From Nitrospirota bacterium (GTDB lineage Bacteria; Nitrospirota; UBA9217), in NCBI GenBank assembly GCA_963663225.1, contig OY760142.1, positions 2,944,001 to 3,008,000 of the forward strand: a stretch of DNA of 64,000 nucleotides, given 5' to 3'. The translations under genes and the position numbers were made by a program. Positions 28,847 through 39,003 of the stretch are shown piece after piece (within the stretch, counting starts at the first letter, position 1; each line of letters starts with the position of its first letter). Below the pieces are notes generated by a model. The model was not told the origin of the DNA and did not search any database. It saw nothing but the letters and a program-made list of their open reading frames with translations.

Positions 28847-29821
28847 TTACAACATTCCCTCTAGATCTATTTTTTTCCGTTTGGTAATGACCCGCAGCTT
28901 ATTAAGGGCCTGCGTCTCGATCTGGCGGACCCGCTCTCTGGTAATTCCAAACTCCTTGCCGATTGCATCAAGGGTCTTGGGCTCGCCGTCCGACAAGCCG
29001 AACCTCAATTCGATGACTTTCTTCTCGCTCACCGAAAGCTGCTGAAGCCAATCATCGATATGCTCCCGTCTGCGGATCTCATCGGAGAAACTCGCCGGAG
29101 ACACGGCATTGTTGTCCTGGAGAATGTCTTTAAGCGTATCCTCTTCCTGGTCTCCGATGAGCATGTCCAGCGAATAGGTCTCGCGGACCACCTGGGAAAC
29201 GCTCCGCACTTTATCCACCGTGACCTTCATTTTCTTCGCGATTTCTTCCAGCGAAGGTTCGCGTCCCAACGTTTGCGTAAGCTGCCGCATTGTACGCAGG
29301 TAGGCATTCACGATTTCCGCGATGTGTACGGGAAGGCGGATGGTCCTTGTCTGATTGACGATTGCCCGCTCAATGGATTGCTTGATCCACCATGAAGCGT
29401 ACGTGCTGAACTTAAAACCTCTCTGATACTGGAACTTTTCGACGGCCCTGATCAGCCCCAGATTTCCTTCTTCGATGATGTCGGAAAACTGCAGGCCGCG
29501 GTTGATATATTTTTTCCCAATGGCCACAACAAGGCGCAGGTTCGCTTCGATCATTTTAGCGCGTGCTTCTTGATCGCCTTGTTCAATCCGTTTTGCTAAT
29601 TCCTGTTCTTGTTCGAAAGTAAGAAGTGGGGTCTTGCGGATTTCTTTCAGGTAATATTTGATCGCGTCAAGGCCTTTTTGGGGAGAGTCGCCTTCGGAAA
29701 CGCGCTCGGAAGGTCCTTCCTCAGAGTCTCTTCCCTTTTCCGCCTCGTCTTTTTCTTCGTCCCTGTCTTGAAACGTCCCGGTATTCATCAGGTCATCAAC
29801 CGGTTGCTGTTTCTCGCTCAT
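28847..29821 (-). CDS. rpoS: RNA polymerase sigma-70 family group 2 factor, RpoS-like
   Basis: Regions 1.2-4 present; acidic N-terminus; [21 protein letters not shown] (RpoS-type ERA..NQ.RTIRLP, not RpoD TRAIADQ). Confidence 0.8.
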   Translation of the reverse strand: MSEKQQPVDDLMNTGTFQDRDEEKDEAEKGRDSEEGPSERVSEGDSPQKGLDAIKYYLKEIRKTPLLTFEQEQELAKRIEQGDQEARAKMIEANLRLVVAIGKKYINRGLQFSDIIEEGNLGLIRAVEKFQYQRGFKFSTYASWWIKQSIERAIVNQTRTIRLPVHIAEIVNAYLRTMRQLTQTLGREPSLEEIAKKMKVTVDKVRSVSQVVRETYSLDMLIGDQEEDTLKDILQDNNAVSPASFSDEIRRREHIDDWLQQLSVSEKKVIELRFGLSDGEPKTLDAIGKEFGITRERVRQIETQALNKLRVITKRKKIDLEGML

Positions 29822-30013
29822 TAATGCCTCTTGGTGAATAAAAATAAGGGCCGTTTATGTACGCTTGTTTTTTTGTAGCGGCAACTATCCTTCTTCCTGC
29901 TCCATGCAACCCTGCTGCTCAAGAACGGCAATGAATCCTGGGGCAACCATTACCCTGTGCAGCATATGAGATATAAAAGGCTTTTTATTGCAACGGACAC
30001 CTGAATTTTAAAA

Positions 30014-30090
<77 letters not shown>

Positions 30091-30100
30091 ACGAGTTTGT

Positions 30101-30129
30101 ATAATATCCGAACTTTATCTTTCTGTCAA
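30101..30129 (-). promoter_or_regulatory. sigma70 promoter of tRNA-Pro
   Basis: TTGACA-N17-TATTAT, 10 nt upstream of the tRNA. Confidence 0.75.
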
Positions 30130-30166
30130 CGAAGATTCTTTCCTTTATGCAAATAAACGGTGCTCT

Positions 30167-31231
30167 TTAGTTTGAAGAACGCAGTTTCCTGCCGGTGGCG
30201 ATGATAAAATTATCGAAGGCCTCTTTATAATAATCTTTCTTCCGCCTGATAATGGAAGGGACCCTTTTTTCGTACAGTTCCCGGCCCTCTTGAATGTCAT
30301 TTTTCAACAGTTCAAAAAACGTACCGTCCTGGATTCCCCTGGCCACCGCTTCCTGGTTGTACAGGGCAATATCGGAGACTATGATTCGTGCAAACCGTTT
30401 TGCCTTCTCCACTGCGTCCGGATCCACTTCTTCGACCTGCGGCATTTCATATTCATCTTTTTGGAAAATCGATGCTTCCAGACTGAACGATTCCGGAGTC
30501 AACGGAACGACATCCCTCTGTTTCCGCGCCGAAGCAGAAGGATTATGCTCTGCCGTTTCACGGCCTGCTTGTTGAGAATTGTCTACCGGAAGCAACGATG
30601 GTGTAAATTCCCGTTCCGGCGGACGGGACATTTCCGGAAGTCCATGGTGAAGCGGCAACGCGTGTTTTGGCGGTTCTGCCGGATGCTGATCGGGAAAGAG
30701 AAGCTTTTTCAGCTTGGCAGGCAGATCATGGATATGATGCTTTTCTATATAATCATCCGCACCGTAAAGGCTCTCCGGCGTCCTTTTGTAGCGCCGGTTG
30801 TCGAATACCGAGGAAACAAGGACTATTTTTATTGCTCCGGTATGGGGGTTATTTTTTAACCGTGAGCATAATTCAAAGCCGTATATCCCCGGCAGCCCCA
30901 CGTCCAGAACTAGGGCGTGCGGTTTCCCTTCAAGCGCCCTTTTCAGCGCATCGACGCCGTCAGAAGCAGTGTCCACCCTGAAATTTGACTCAACAAGTAT
31001 GCTGGTGATCATGTCCCGGACCACGTCGCTCTCATATGCGACGAGAACCAACGGCGCTGAAGACGCTGTATGGGAGCTGGTTCTGGGCCCTGGAGATTCG
31101 CGCCGGGGAACGGCTGTCCTCTGGGCTGTCACAACCATGCCGCAACGAGGACATCGTACCTTGACTCCTTTTTCAGGTATTTTGATGTCGTCAACTTTCA
31201 GTTTTGCACCGCACTCGCAGGGAATAATCAT
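30167..31231 (-). CDS. response regulator with N-terminal zinc-ribbon (MJ0042-like finger), REC domain, Pro-rich linker and conserved C-terminal helical domain
   Basis: C.C.....KVRCPRC; [13 protein letters not shown]; C-terminal [15 protein letters not shown]. The start at ATG 31231 overlaps the rhomboid stop (ATGA). Confidence 0.85.
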   Translation of the reverse strand: MIIPCECGAKLKVDDIKIPEKGVKVRCPRCGMVVTAQRTAVPRRESPGPRTSSHTASSAPLVLVAYESDVVRDMITSILVESNFRVDTASDGVDALKRALEGKPHALVLDVGLPGIYGFELCSRLKNNPHTGAIKIVLVSSVFDNRRYKRTPESLYGADDYIEKHHIHDLPAKLKKLLFPDQHPAEPPKHALPLHHGLPEMSRPPEREFTPSLLPVDNSQQAGRETAEHNPSASARKQRDVVPLTPESFSLEASIFQKDEYEMPQVEEVDPDAVEKAKRFARIIVSDIALYNQEAVARGIQDGTFFELLKNDIQEGRELYEKRVPSIIRRKKDYYKEAFDNFIIATGRKLRSSN

Positions 31232-31929
31232 GGATAACGTAATCTCCCTCTTATGTTCCCGAATGGTACGTCTCGCTTTTTGAATAATCCAACCAGAAGC
31301 AGTCCGGCGACAAAACCGGCTATGTGGGCATGCCAGGCGACGCCCCCAATGGTCGTATCTGCAACCAGTACATTGAGAAACTGCAGCAAAAACCAAAGTC
31401 CAAGCACGGTCATCGCAGGAATGGAAACCGTGCGAATATAGAAAAAGAATATAAAGAGCGTCACTACCCGTGCGCGGGGGAACAGCAGCAGATAGGCGCC
31501 AAGCACTCCTGAAACAGCACCACTCGCCCCGATCATGGGAACCGGAGAGGAATCATGGAAAAAAGCATATGCATAGGCGGCGGCACAACCGCACAAAAGA
31601 TAAAACACAAAGAACCGCAGCTTTCCCATGACGTCTTCCACGTTATTGCCGAATATCCAGAGATACAGCATATTGCTGCCGAGATGCAGCAATCCCCCGT
31701 GCAGGAACATGGATGTAACAAGGGTGGCAGAGGCCGGCAGCCAGCTGACGGGGGATGGTTCCGAAGAAAAAAAATGCCGCGGAATCATTGCAAAAGACTG
31801 GAGAAAACGTGATTCTCCCTCCTGACCGAGTGTCAGCTGGTAAAGAAAAACAGCGATATTCACAACGATCAGCAGAACGGCAACCACTGAAAATCGTTCC
31901 GTCGGATTAATATCTCGAATTGGGATCAC
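31228..31929 (-). CDS. rhomboid family intramembrane serine protease
   Basis: TSMFLHGG..HL..NM..LWIFG.N.ED; catalytic GASG and WHAH..GF motifs. Confidence 0.93.
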   Translation of the reverse strand: MIPIRDINPTERFSVVAVLLIVVNIAVFLYQLTLGQEGESRFLQSFAMIPRHFFSSEPSPVSWLPASATLVTSMFLHGGLLHLGSNMLYLWIFGNNVEDVMGKLRFFVFYLLCGCAAAYAYAFFHDSSPVPMIGASGAVSGVLGAYLLLFPRARVVTLFIFFFYIRTVSIPAMTVLGLWFLLQFLNVLVADTTIGGVAWHAHIAGFVAGLLLVGLFKKRDVPFGNIRGRLRYP

Positions 31930-32091
31930 TGCTGAATTCTACCCCGCCGCGTCTGATTCTGTCATGCCGTTCCGGTCTGCCCTGAAGCGAATACCCTGCC
32001 CCAAAAAGATTCTCCCTGTCCGCTCCGCCATAACAGCGTCATTCTTCGCAAAAAACCTGCTGGACAGCAAAGAACCGCAAAAACAGGCAAA

Positions 32092-33525
32092 CTATTTTTT
32101 CACATAAGGCTCATACTCCAGATAGAGTTTTCTCAGAGCAAATACGTATTTAAAACCCCTGCTGATAATGGTAAACATTTCCTTGAAGGGGTACCGTACC
32201 CTCTTGAGCCGGAGAGGATTGGCCCGGAAGGCAATGCCGTACAGCTCTGAGAACCGCTGATAAAACTTCCGGATGGGAAGCCGTGTCGGAAGAATCGTGT
32301 GCATGCAGTCGTAATAAACGTAGGGATCTTTGATGTAGTCATTTTTATGCTTTTCCCACAGTTCTGTGCCCGGTGACGGGGAAAACACGGTGAACGTCAC
32401 TTCAGCGGGGCACACTTTTTTGACTTCTTCTTTCAGATTTGCAAATTCTTCCTCGCCGAAATCCGGATCGAGCATAAAGCTCGCGTGCAGCGTCAAATCC
32501 AGCTCCCGGAGAATTTCGACCGCTCTCCTGTTTTTATCGACCGTCGTGCGTTTGTTCAACTTCTGCAATCGCTCTCCGGTCATGGCTTCAAGCCCGACAT
32601 ACACCATGCTGAGGCCTGCCTGCTTCCAAATTTTGAAAACCTCCGGGTTCCGTACAATGCTGTCGCTTCGTGCCCAGCTGATGAATTTCTTTTTTATTCC
32701 CCGGTCGATGAGCAGCTGGGCTATCTTGGTCATGCGGTCGGCGTTGATAAAGTTTTCGTCGTCCACAAAATAGATATGATCTTCCTGCAACCTTGCTATT
32801 TCATCGACGACGTCTTCCGGGGTCCTTTGGAGATACTGGCCCCGCATGATGTGATGGACCACACAAAACGAACAGTTAAACGGGCAGCCGTTCGACGTGC
32901 GGATCGTTGCCGTTCGGGGGAAAATAGTTTCCACCTTTTTTTCGTCGCTCGCCGTCCAGACGCAAAAATATTTGGACCGGTCGACAAGCTCCCGCCTCGG
33001 CAGTGGAATGTCCTCTATCTGAGGATATTTGGGCGGCAGTGCTTTCGCCTTTTCGGGGAAATCAGGGTCTTTGGGAGATAATATCGCATCCCCGGTGCTG
33101 AGAGGAAGCCCTTGTGTAAACCGATTTACAATCTCTTTGAAAGCGGTGCCGCCTTCTCCCCGCACAATGATATCGATGGCATCAATTCCGTAATCCCCCG
33201 GGAGGACGGTCGCGTGTATGCCGCCCACGACGTTGATGACGGCAGGTGCATGTTTCTTTGCAAATTCGGCAAGCTCCCGTACAAGCGCGGCCTGGCTGCT
33301 GAACCCGGTATATCCCACAATATCGGGTTTCATGGCCAGCAGTCTTTTTTTGAATGCATCGAAAGGGTCCTGCTCAAAGCTCAGGTCCATGATGACAACT
33401 TCATGCTCGCGGGGAATGCCGCCAGCCACAATTTCCAGCTCAAGGGGTTCCAGGTGCATGAAATAGTCCATCAAAAATTTGGACAAGGCCAGGGGCGGAT
33501 ACGGTTTAATCAGTAGAATACGCAT
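32092..33525 (-). CDS. B12-binding radical SAM protein (class B methylase-like, resembles HpnR clade)
   Basis: LEPL; GGIHAT and VRGEG cobalamin-domain motifs; SNGCPFNCSFC; H..LPTRLP...FY; GGAGGT RBS. Confidence 0.85.
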   Translation of the reverse strand: MRILLIKPYPPLALSKFLMDYFMHLEPLELEIVAGGIPREHEVVIMDLSFEQDPFDAFKKRLLAMKPDIVGYTGFSSQAALVRELAEFAKKHAPAVINVVGGIHATVLPGDYGIDAIDIIVRGEGGTAFKEIVNRFTQGLPLSTGDAILSPKDPDFPEKAKALPPKYPQIEDIPLPRRELVDRSKYFCVWTASDEKKVETIFPRTATIRTSNGCPFNCSFCVVHHIMRGQYLQRTPEDVVDEIARLQEDHIYFVDDENFINADRMTKIAQLLIDRGIKKKFISWARSDSIVRNPEVFKIWKQAGLSMVYVGLEAMTGERLQKLNKRTTVDKNRRAVEILRELDLTLHASFMLDPDFGEEEFANLKEEVKKVCPAEVTFTVFSPSPGTELWEKHKNDYIKDPYVYYDCMHTILPTRLPIRKFYQRFSELYGIAFRANPLRLKRVRYPFKEMFTIISRGFKYVFALRKLYLEYEPYVKK

Positions 33526-33553
33526 TGAATACCTCCAAAATTCTCTTTCATTC

Positions 33554-33582
33554 ATTATTCTAAGGCGGCCGATGCCTGTCAA
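33554..33582 (-). promoter_or_regulatory. possible internal promoter for the 32092-33525 gene
   Basis: TTGACA-N17-AATAAT (within TAGAATAAT). Confidence 0.45.
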
Positions 33583-33616
33583 GCCGCCTGGTGTTCAGCC
33601 GGTTGGCCCACCGTTA

Positions 33617-35053
33617 TCAGCGGGAGCGTTTTATTTTTCCGCTCGGTGTTTTTTCCAGACAGTCTACGAAAGAAAAATCTTTCGGCACCTTATACGGTGC
33701 CAGGTGATGGTAACAGAAACGCTTCAGATCGTCAACTAAAGCATCAGAACGGACCATATCTTTTGCAACAACATCAGCAGCCGGAAGTTGCCCATAATGG
33801 GGATGTGGCACGCCATAGACAAAAGACTCCTTTACCTGCGGATGTTGATTGATGACCGCTTCCACTTCCTGTGCAAAAATTTTCATCCCGGCAAAATTAA
33901 TTATATCTTTCTGTCTCCCGACAATGAAGAGAAAACCGTCCGGATCCATTCGGCCGAGATCTCCTGTTTTAAACCAGCCGTCGGCAAGAATGTCTTCTCT
34001 GGGCTGCCAGGGAGAATAGTAGGCGTCAAGCATCCCCTTGCCTTTGATGCGAATTTCGCCGATACCGTTTGCATCTTTGTTATCAAGGGCGATCTGGTAA
34101 TCCGGCAATGGTTTGCCCACTGAACCGCGTTTGTTTTTTCCGCCGCCCAGGCGAATAAACGGCAAACCGACTTCTATGATGCCGTAGGCTTCGGACAACT
34201 CCAGGCCGAATTTCGCCGTAAAGTCCTCGGCAACCGCGTCGGGCAGCTTCATGGTCGTGGATATTGCCAGGCGGATACGGCTCAGGGTTTCCGGTGCAAG
34301 CTGGTCTGTTTTTGACAAGAGGCTGTAGTGAACAGGCGATGCATAGATCAGGGTGCCCTGGTGACTGGTTATCCCTTCGATAAATGGTTCCGGGAAAAGA
34401 TGGCCGCAGAGCACCAGCGTTGCACCGCGCCGCAGGAACAAAAGGATCGTAACGACAAAATGATAACTCATGGAAAGGACCCAGAGAATGACGTCCGCTG
34501 AAGATATGCACAATCCCTTGTCTGCGGCATCGGTCCTCTCGATGATCGCCTCATGTGACAGCACGACACCCTTGCTTATTCCCGTGGTACCGGAGGTAAA
34601 GCGGATGAACGCGGGATTGAGCCTGAAATATTCCGGCTTCGGGCGTTCTCGTATGGACCTTTTTACAATAATAAGCTGTTTTTTTCTAAGGCCGGGTGAG
34701 GCAAGGACATCGCGATATCCCCCGGTCCGCAATTTCGGCTCCGCGATAAGAAAATCCACGTCGATTCTGTCGACGACCGTTTCAATCTCTTCCGGAGTTT
34801 GCTCCGGAGAAACGGGTACCAGGACAGCTGAGAGCGACAAAACAGCAAGACTGGTGATGATATAATCAATGCTGTCTTCACACAGAAAACCGACTCGGTG
34901 AAGACGGGCAATTCCTTTTCGCCGCATGGCTTCCGCAGTCTGCTCCACGGCAGTGATAAGTTGCCCGTAGGTTACCCGGTCCTCACCCTCGATGACCGCG
35001 GTCTTGTCAAGCTGTGATTCCGCTTCTGTTTTTATGCTCTCGAAAATATTCAT
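33617..35053 (-). CDS. AMP-dependent acyl-CoA/acyl-ACP synthetase (class I adenylate-forming)
   Basis: FTSGTTG.SKG, EAYG..E, GWFKTGDLG, GR.KD.I and KTPSGKI motifs. Confidence 0.92.
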   Translation of the reverse strand: MNIFESIKTEAESQLDKTAVIEGEDRVTYGQLITAVEQTAEAMRRKGIARLHRVGFLCEDSIDYIITSLAVLSLSAVLVPVSPEQTPEEIETVVDRIDVDFLIAEPKLRTGGYRDVLASPGLRKKQLIIVKRSIRERPKPEYFRLNPAFIRFTSGTTGISKGVVLSHEAIIERTDAADKGLCISSADVILWVLSMSYHFVVTILLFLRRGATLVLCGHLFPEPFIEGITSHQGTLIYASPVHYSLLSKTDQLAPETLSRIRLAISTTMKLPDAVAEDFTAKFGLELSEAYGIIEVGLPFIRLGGGKNKRGSVGKPLPDYQIALDNKDANGIGEIRIKGKGMLDAYYSPWQPREDILADGWFKTGDLGRMDPDGFLFIVGRQKDIINFAGMKIFAQEVEAVINQHPQVKESFVYGVPHPHYGQLPAADVVAKDMVRSDALVDDLKRFCYHHLAPYKVPKDFSFVDCLEKTPSGKIKRSR

Positions 35054-35092
35054 AAACGTTTTCTGTATTGCCGAAGCAACGATGTCAATGGT

Positions 35093-36298
35093 TCAGCGTG
35101 TAGACATCGGATACCTGCCGTTTTTGCTGAAATACGCCGCCGCCGTTCCAGCCTGTTCACCGAGCGCAATACAGGTGCCCATGACCCGGGTGGAGCCGAG
35201 CGCTGCATGCGAAACGGATATACAGCGTCCGGCGCACAGCAGATTTTTGAACCCTTTGACCGTCATGCAGCGAAATGGAATCTCATAATAATCGCCCTGC
35301 GGCACATACCGGTATGTTGTGCCGTGCTCGCTGGTCCATTCTTCGATGGGCCAGGAATTCTTGACGACGCCGTCAGTAAATTTTTTTGCCGTCAGCACGT
35401 CCTCTTCGGTAAGGATATAGTCTCCCTGAACCCGCCTTCCTTCCCGTTCTAAAATTTTGGGCGCTGTTTCAGCAATGCCGGCATTTTTGAATGGCGGAAG
35501 GACGCCCGCCAGATAAGCAATCATTGCGGACGCTTCTTTTTTCGCCCATTCGGTCCGATCCGAGTCTCCTCCGCTCTCCAGGCTCAGTTTGCAATAGCCT
35601 TCCTCGGGAGTCATTCCAAGGGTAAAGGTCGTGAACCGTGACAATGGCGACAGTTCTTTTTGCTGAACGGCTCGTGCAAGATAGTACGGCACTTTTACCG
35701 ACAGTGCTTCGTCCGCGTTTTTCAGCCCTTTAATATGGATCGTAAAACCGGCCAGCTGCCGCTCGTGAGGAGGAGCCAGTTCAAAATCCGCGCCGGCGGC
35801 GGCAGCAATGGTTCCGTCGCCGGTACAATCAATAACGGCCTGCGCGCTCACAACCATCGTCCGGTCAATGCCGCGCACGGTCACTGCCTTGACTCTTTGA
35901 TCGTCGGCATTCACCCCGACAGCGGCATGCTGCAACAAGAGAATGATTTTTTTCTCCGCCGCGCAAAGCCATGCAAGAGTGTTTGAAAGTGTTTTTCTCG
36001 AATACGGCAGAACAAACACCTGGCCGATTTTCCGCACGGAAGATCCCGGCGCGTTTTTTTTTAAAAGCATTTCCAGTTCACGAACGAACCCTGCGTTTAA
36101 CGTTTCCAGCGGGAAATCTTTTCCATTCAAATACAGCCCGCAGATATATTGAAACATGCCTGCGCACCCGATGCCGCCAAGATATGATTCAGACTCGACA
36201 AGCATCGTATCCGCACCTGACCGGGCTGCGGCTATTGCAGCGGCGGTTCCCGCGACGCCACCGCCGACCACCAGCACGTCACAGGACAGGTCGTTCAT
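35093..36298 (-). CDS. FAD-dependent oxidoreductase (FAD_oxidored family)
   Basis: VVGGGVAG.AAAIAAAR.G, IDCTGDG, RE.RR..G.Y.L and NLL.AGRCIS....A..S.RVM motifs. Confidence 0.88.
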   Translation of the reverse strand: MNDLSCDVLVVGGGVAGTAAAIAAARSGADTMLVESESYLGGIGCAGMFQYICGLYLNGKDFPLETLNAGFVRELEMLLKKNAPGSSVRKIGQVFVLPYSRKTLSNTLAWLCAAEKKIILLLQHAAVGVNADDQRVKAVTVRGIDRTMVVSAQAVIDCTGDGTIAAAAGADFELAPPHERQLAGFTIHIKGLKNADEALSVKVPYYLARAVQQKELSPLSRFTTFTLGMTPEEGYCKLSLESGGDSDRTEWAKKEASAMIAYLAGVLPPFKNAGIAETAPKILEREGRRVQGDYILTEEDVLTAKKFTDGVVKNSWPIEEWTSEHGTTYRYVPQGDYYEIPFRCMTVKGFKNLLCAGRCISVSHAALGSTRVMGTCIALGEQAGTAAAYFSKNGRYPMSTR

Positions 36299-37614
36299 GA
36301 CGGGGACGCTCCAAGTTCCAATCGTATGCCTGTTTCCAGCGCAGAAATTTCCTCGTCGGTCAGCAGACCATCGAGATACGAAATCGTCAGATTCAGCCGG
36401 CCATTGTAGTAATTACTGAAAAACCCGATGCCGGGGGGTACCGGAACACGCGGCATGTGAAAAAAATTACTGATGTGTCTGCCCATAAATTCATCCGACA
36501 GATAAGCGCTTTTTCCCAGATGCGAGAAGGCAAACGTTGCCATTCTGCCTTTCATCGGAAGATACAGCAGTTTCGCGAGCACCGGCAGCGGTGCTATGCG
36601 GGTCAGCAAACTGGCTTCGGATAAATCTTTCGGAAAACCGGATTTCACCTGATCGTACATTTGCCGTTTGAATGCCGTCAGAAGGACATTTCTGTCTGCG
36701 GCATCCGCAAGCGAAATCTGAAAAAACAGAAAGGAAATATGGTTGAAAAAGATTTCCTGCAACGGTTCTTTGCCCGGCCTCAAGTCCGTCGACACCGGGA
36801 TCACATAACTGGTTCCATCATTGGACGTCGCCGAGAAAAGCCCATGGATGGTGCGGGTTATGGCCGCCAGAAAAAACGGGGATTCCATGAGGTATCCGGC
36901 CTCATGGTACGCCCTGGCATATATTTCCGACGTTTCCTGTTCGGTGAACGCGAGCAGACGGTATGTAAAACCGCGTCCTCGCCCTTCTGGAAACGGAAAA
37001 GCCTTCGGAGTGGATTCCGACAACGCAATAATCCTGCGGTTCACGCTTCTGCCGGCCAGAAACTTATTCTTCCATTGTGTCAATGCCATTGAAGAAGTAA
37101 AGCGTATATCACCGGACAGATCGTGATTGTCCCTGTTTTGCTGAAGCAGATTAAGGAATGCTTCGGCGCCACGGGCGTCAAACAGCCGATGATCGAAAGT
37201 CATAGCAAGGGCGCTTTGTGTGGTCCCATTAGTAAACAGGTGGAACGCGATATGCTCCTTGTCGTCCCTGAATTTGCTGTTGGCGTTTTCCTGCAGACGG
37301 GAGAATACGGCATCCAGAGAAAAACCGCCATCGATCCGGGTCACTTTTAACGTTACATCACGATTTGCCGAAGAGGGTATTTTCCAGTAAGGGGTAAGTT
37401 TGAAGTCCCGGGCAACAGTCCCCTCCAGCACGGGGAACCGTTTTAAAAAACGGTTCACACGGCCGTGCAGGTCGGCTTCGTCGAGATGTCCGTCTAGGAC
37501 AAGAACGATCTGGGACATGTTCCCCGAACTGGTCAGGGACTTCATCATATAGTCGAGCGTGTTGATTGCCCAGTCATGACCGGATAAATAGCGCTTGCGA
37601 TTAGATACCAGCAT
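36295..37614 (-). CDS. stand-alone condensation-domain / CAT-fold acyltransferase-like protein
   Basis: FDHRLFDARG (HxxxDxxG variant of HHxxxDG); PV..DLR and FS.LG motifs; next to an ACP. Confidence 0.7.
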   Translation of the reverse strand: MLVSNRKRYLSGHDWAINTLDYMMKSLTSSGNMSQIVLVLDGHLDEADLHGRVNRFLKRFPVLEGTVARDFKLTPYWKIPSSANRDVTLKVTRIDGGFSLDAVFSRLQENANSKFRDDKEHIAFHLFTNGTTQSALAMTFDHRLFDARGAEAFLNLLQQNRDNHDLSGDIRFTSSMALTQWKNKFLAGRSVNRRIIALSESTPKAFPFPEGRGRGFTYRLLAFTEQETSEIYARAYHEAGYLMESPFFLAAITRTIHGLFSATSNDGTSYVIPVSTDLRPGKEPLQEIFFNHISFLFFQISLADAADRNVLLTAFKRQMYDQVKSGFPKDLSEASLLTRIAPLPVLAKLLYLPMKGRMATFAFSHLGKSAYLSDEFMGRHISNFFHMPRVPVPPGIGFFSNYYNGRLNLTISYLDGLLTDEEISALETGIRLELGASPS

Positions 37615-37626
37615 AATAAACCAGCG

Positions 37627-37869
37627 TTACAGCATTCTCTTGATGAAGGATGCCAGGCTGTGAATGGTTTCGAAGTCCTTTTTTGTCAGATCGGAAGTGA
37701 TTAATTGAAGTTTGAATGTTTTTTCCACAAGCACAAGAATCTCGACAAACCCCAAAGAATCAATTCCCAATTCATGAAACGGCTTGTCCGGCCTGATCGC
37801 AGACTCTTCCCTGCCGGTAATCAGCGAAATGCCTTTGATTAATTTGTCTTCAATTTCCTGTATTGTCAT
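37627..37869 (-). CDS. acyl carrier protein (ACP3)
   Basis: LGIDSLG phosphopantetheine motif; 80 aa. Confidence 0.9.
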   Translation of the reverse strand: MTIQEIEDKLIKGISLITGREESAIRPDKPFHELGIDSLGFVEILVLVEKTFKLQLITSDLTKKDFETIHSLASFIKRML

Positions 37870-37935
37870 ATGACTTGCCCTCTTGGTTATGATACAGTCC
37901 GACTGCGCCGCACCCGTGAATCAGTACAAGACGAA

Positions 37936-39003
37936 TCATAGTTTTTTCAAGTACACTGTTGCTTTATCACCCGAGCAGTTGCATCCTATGCACCGGATCG
38001 ATTCAATCAGGGCGGTGCCGGATTCGGTCAAAAGATTGAGCTCTAAAGGGTTATCCAGAACCGGTGCCGGATAATAAACTTGTTTTTTTAGCATCAGAGC
38101 GCCGGCCGCAATATTGAAGGCGCTGCCAGTCATGACGCTGCCGAAAAGCGGAGCGTATGCCGCAGCCGGAGTGTCTGGTGACAGTAAGGGACGATACGCC
38201 GATTCATCCTGCATCATGCCGTCGGCATCTATGATAATAAGGTCATCAGGGTCCTGCCGTCCGTAGTCGTCGTGAAGCCGCAGTGCATCGACAGAACAAT
38301 ACCTGTTCTGCGTTTGTAGTTCGCTTGCCAGCAGAAAAACAGCCCCTTCCCCCGGGACCTGGCAGGTCGGATTGAAAACAAATGGTTTTATTTTGCCGTC
38401 CGGCGCATTATGCAGTTTTTGTTCTGACACATATCCCAGAACATCTCCGTACTGGTCCACACCGCCCACAAGGACGTAATCGCAACGTTTTTGAAGAAGC
38501 CACGTCTGGGCAAGCTGAAGGGCCGACTGAAATGAAAAGCGGAATTGCGTTACGGTCAGGGTCGGCCCCTGAATGTCCAGGGATGATGCTATATAGGAAG
38601 CTGCGGCATTATGCACGGAGTTTGAAAACGTGGTCGGCGACACCGCTGCATCGCCGAAGTCCAGGATGCCGTCAAGAAAATCGAACGTCGTTACATGAGC
38701 GCCAAAAGCCGTCGCCAGGATAATGCCCAGTTTTTTTCCGGTACAGTCAATTCCGCTGTCGGATATCGCGTCTGCCGCTGCAAGGACAGCCATCTTGCTC
38801 AGCTTGTCGGCCCGCCTGATTTTCTTCAACAGGGTCTTGTCCGGGACATCATCGAAGCTGACCAGATAGGCAAATCGTTTCCGGTCGGCATGTGAAGGCA
38901 CGGGTATTTCAAGAGGAGGCAGCCAGCCTGTTTGCAGGGCATTATCAAACCGGGCAATACCCAAACCCCGGGAAAAAATCATGCCTATTCCCGCTATGTT
39001 CAT
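37936..39003 (-). CDS. ketosynthase chain-length-factor-like subunit (ApeC-like)
   Basis: SPT.FSNSVHNA motif; KS N-terminal fold lacking the catalytic Cys and His residues. Confidence 0.82.
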   Translation of the reverse strand: MNIAGIGMIFSRGLGIARFDNALQTGWLPPLEIPVPSHADRKRFAYLVSFDDVPDKTLLKKIRRADKLSKMAVLAAADAISDSGIDCTGKKLGIILATAFGAHVTTFDFLDGILDFGDAAVSPTTFSNSVHNAAASYIASSLDIQGPTLTVTQFRFSFQSALQLAQTWLLQKRCDYVLVGGVDQYGDVLGYVSEQKLHNAPDGKIKPFVFNPTCQVPGEGAVFLLASELQTQNRYCSVDALRLHDDYGRQDPDDLIIIDADGMMQDESAYRPLLSPDTPAAAYAPLFGSVMTGSAFNIAAGALMLKKQVYYPAPVLDNPLELNLLTESGTALIESIRCIGCNCSGDKATVYLKKL

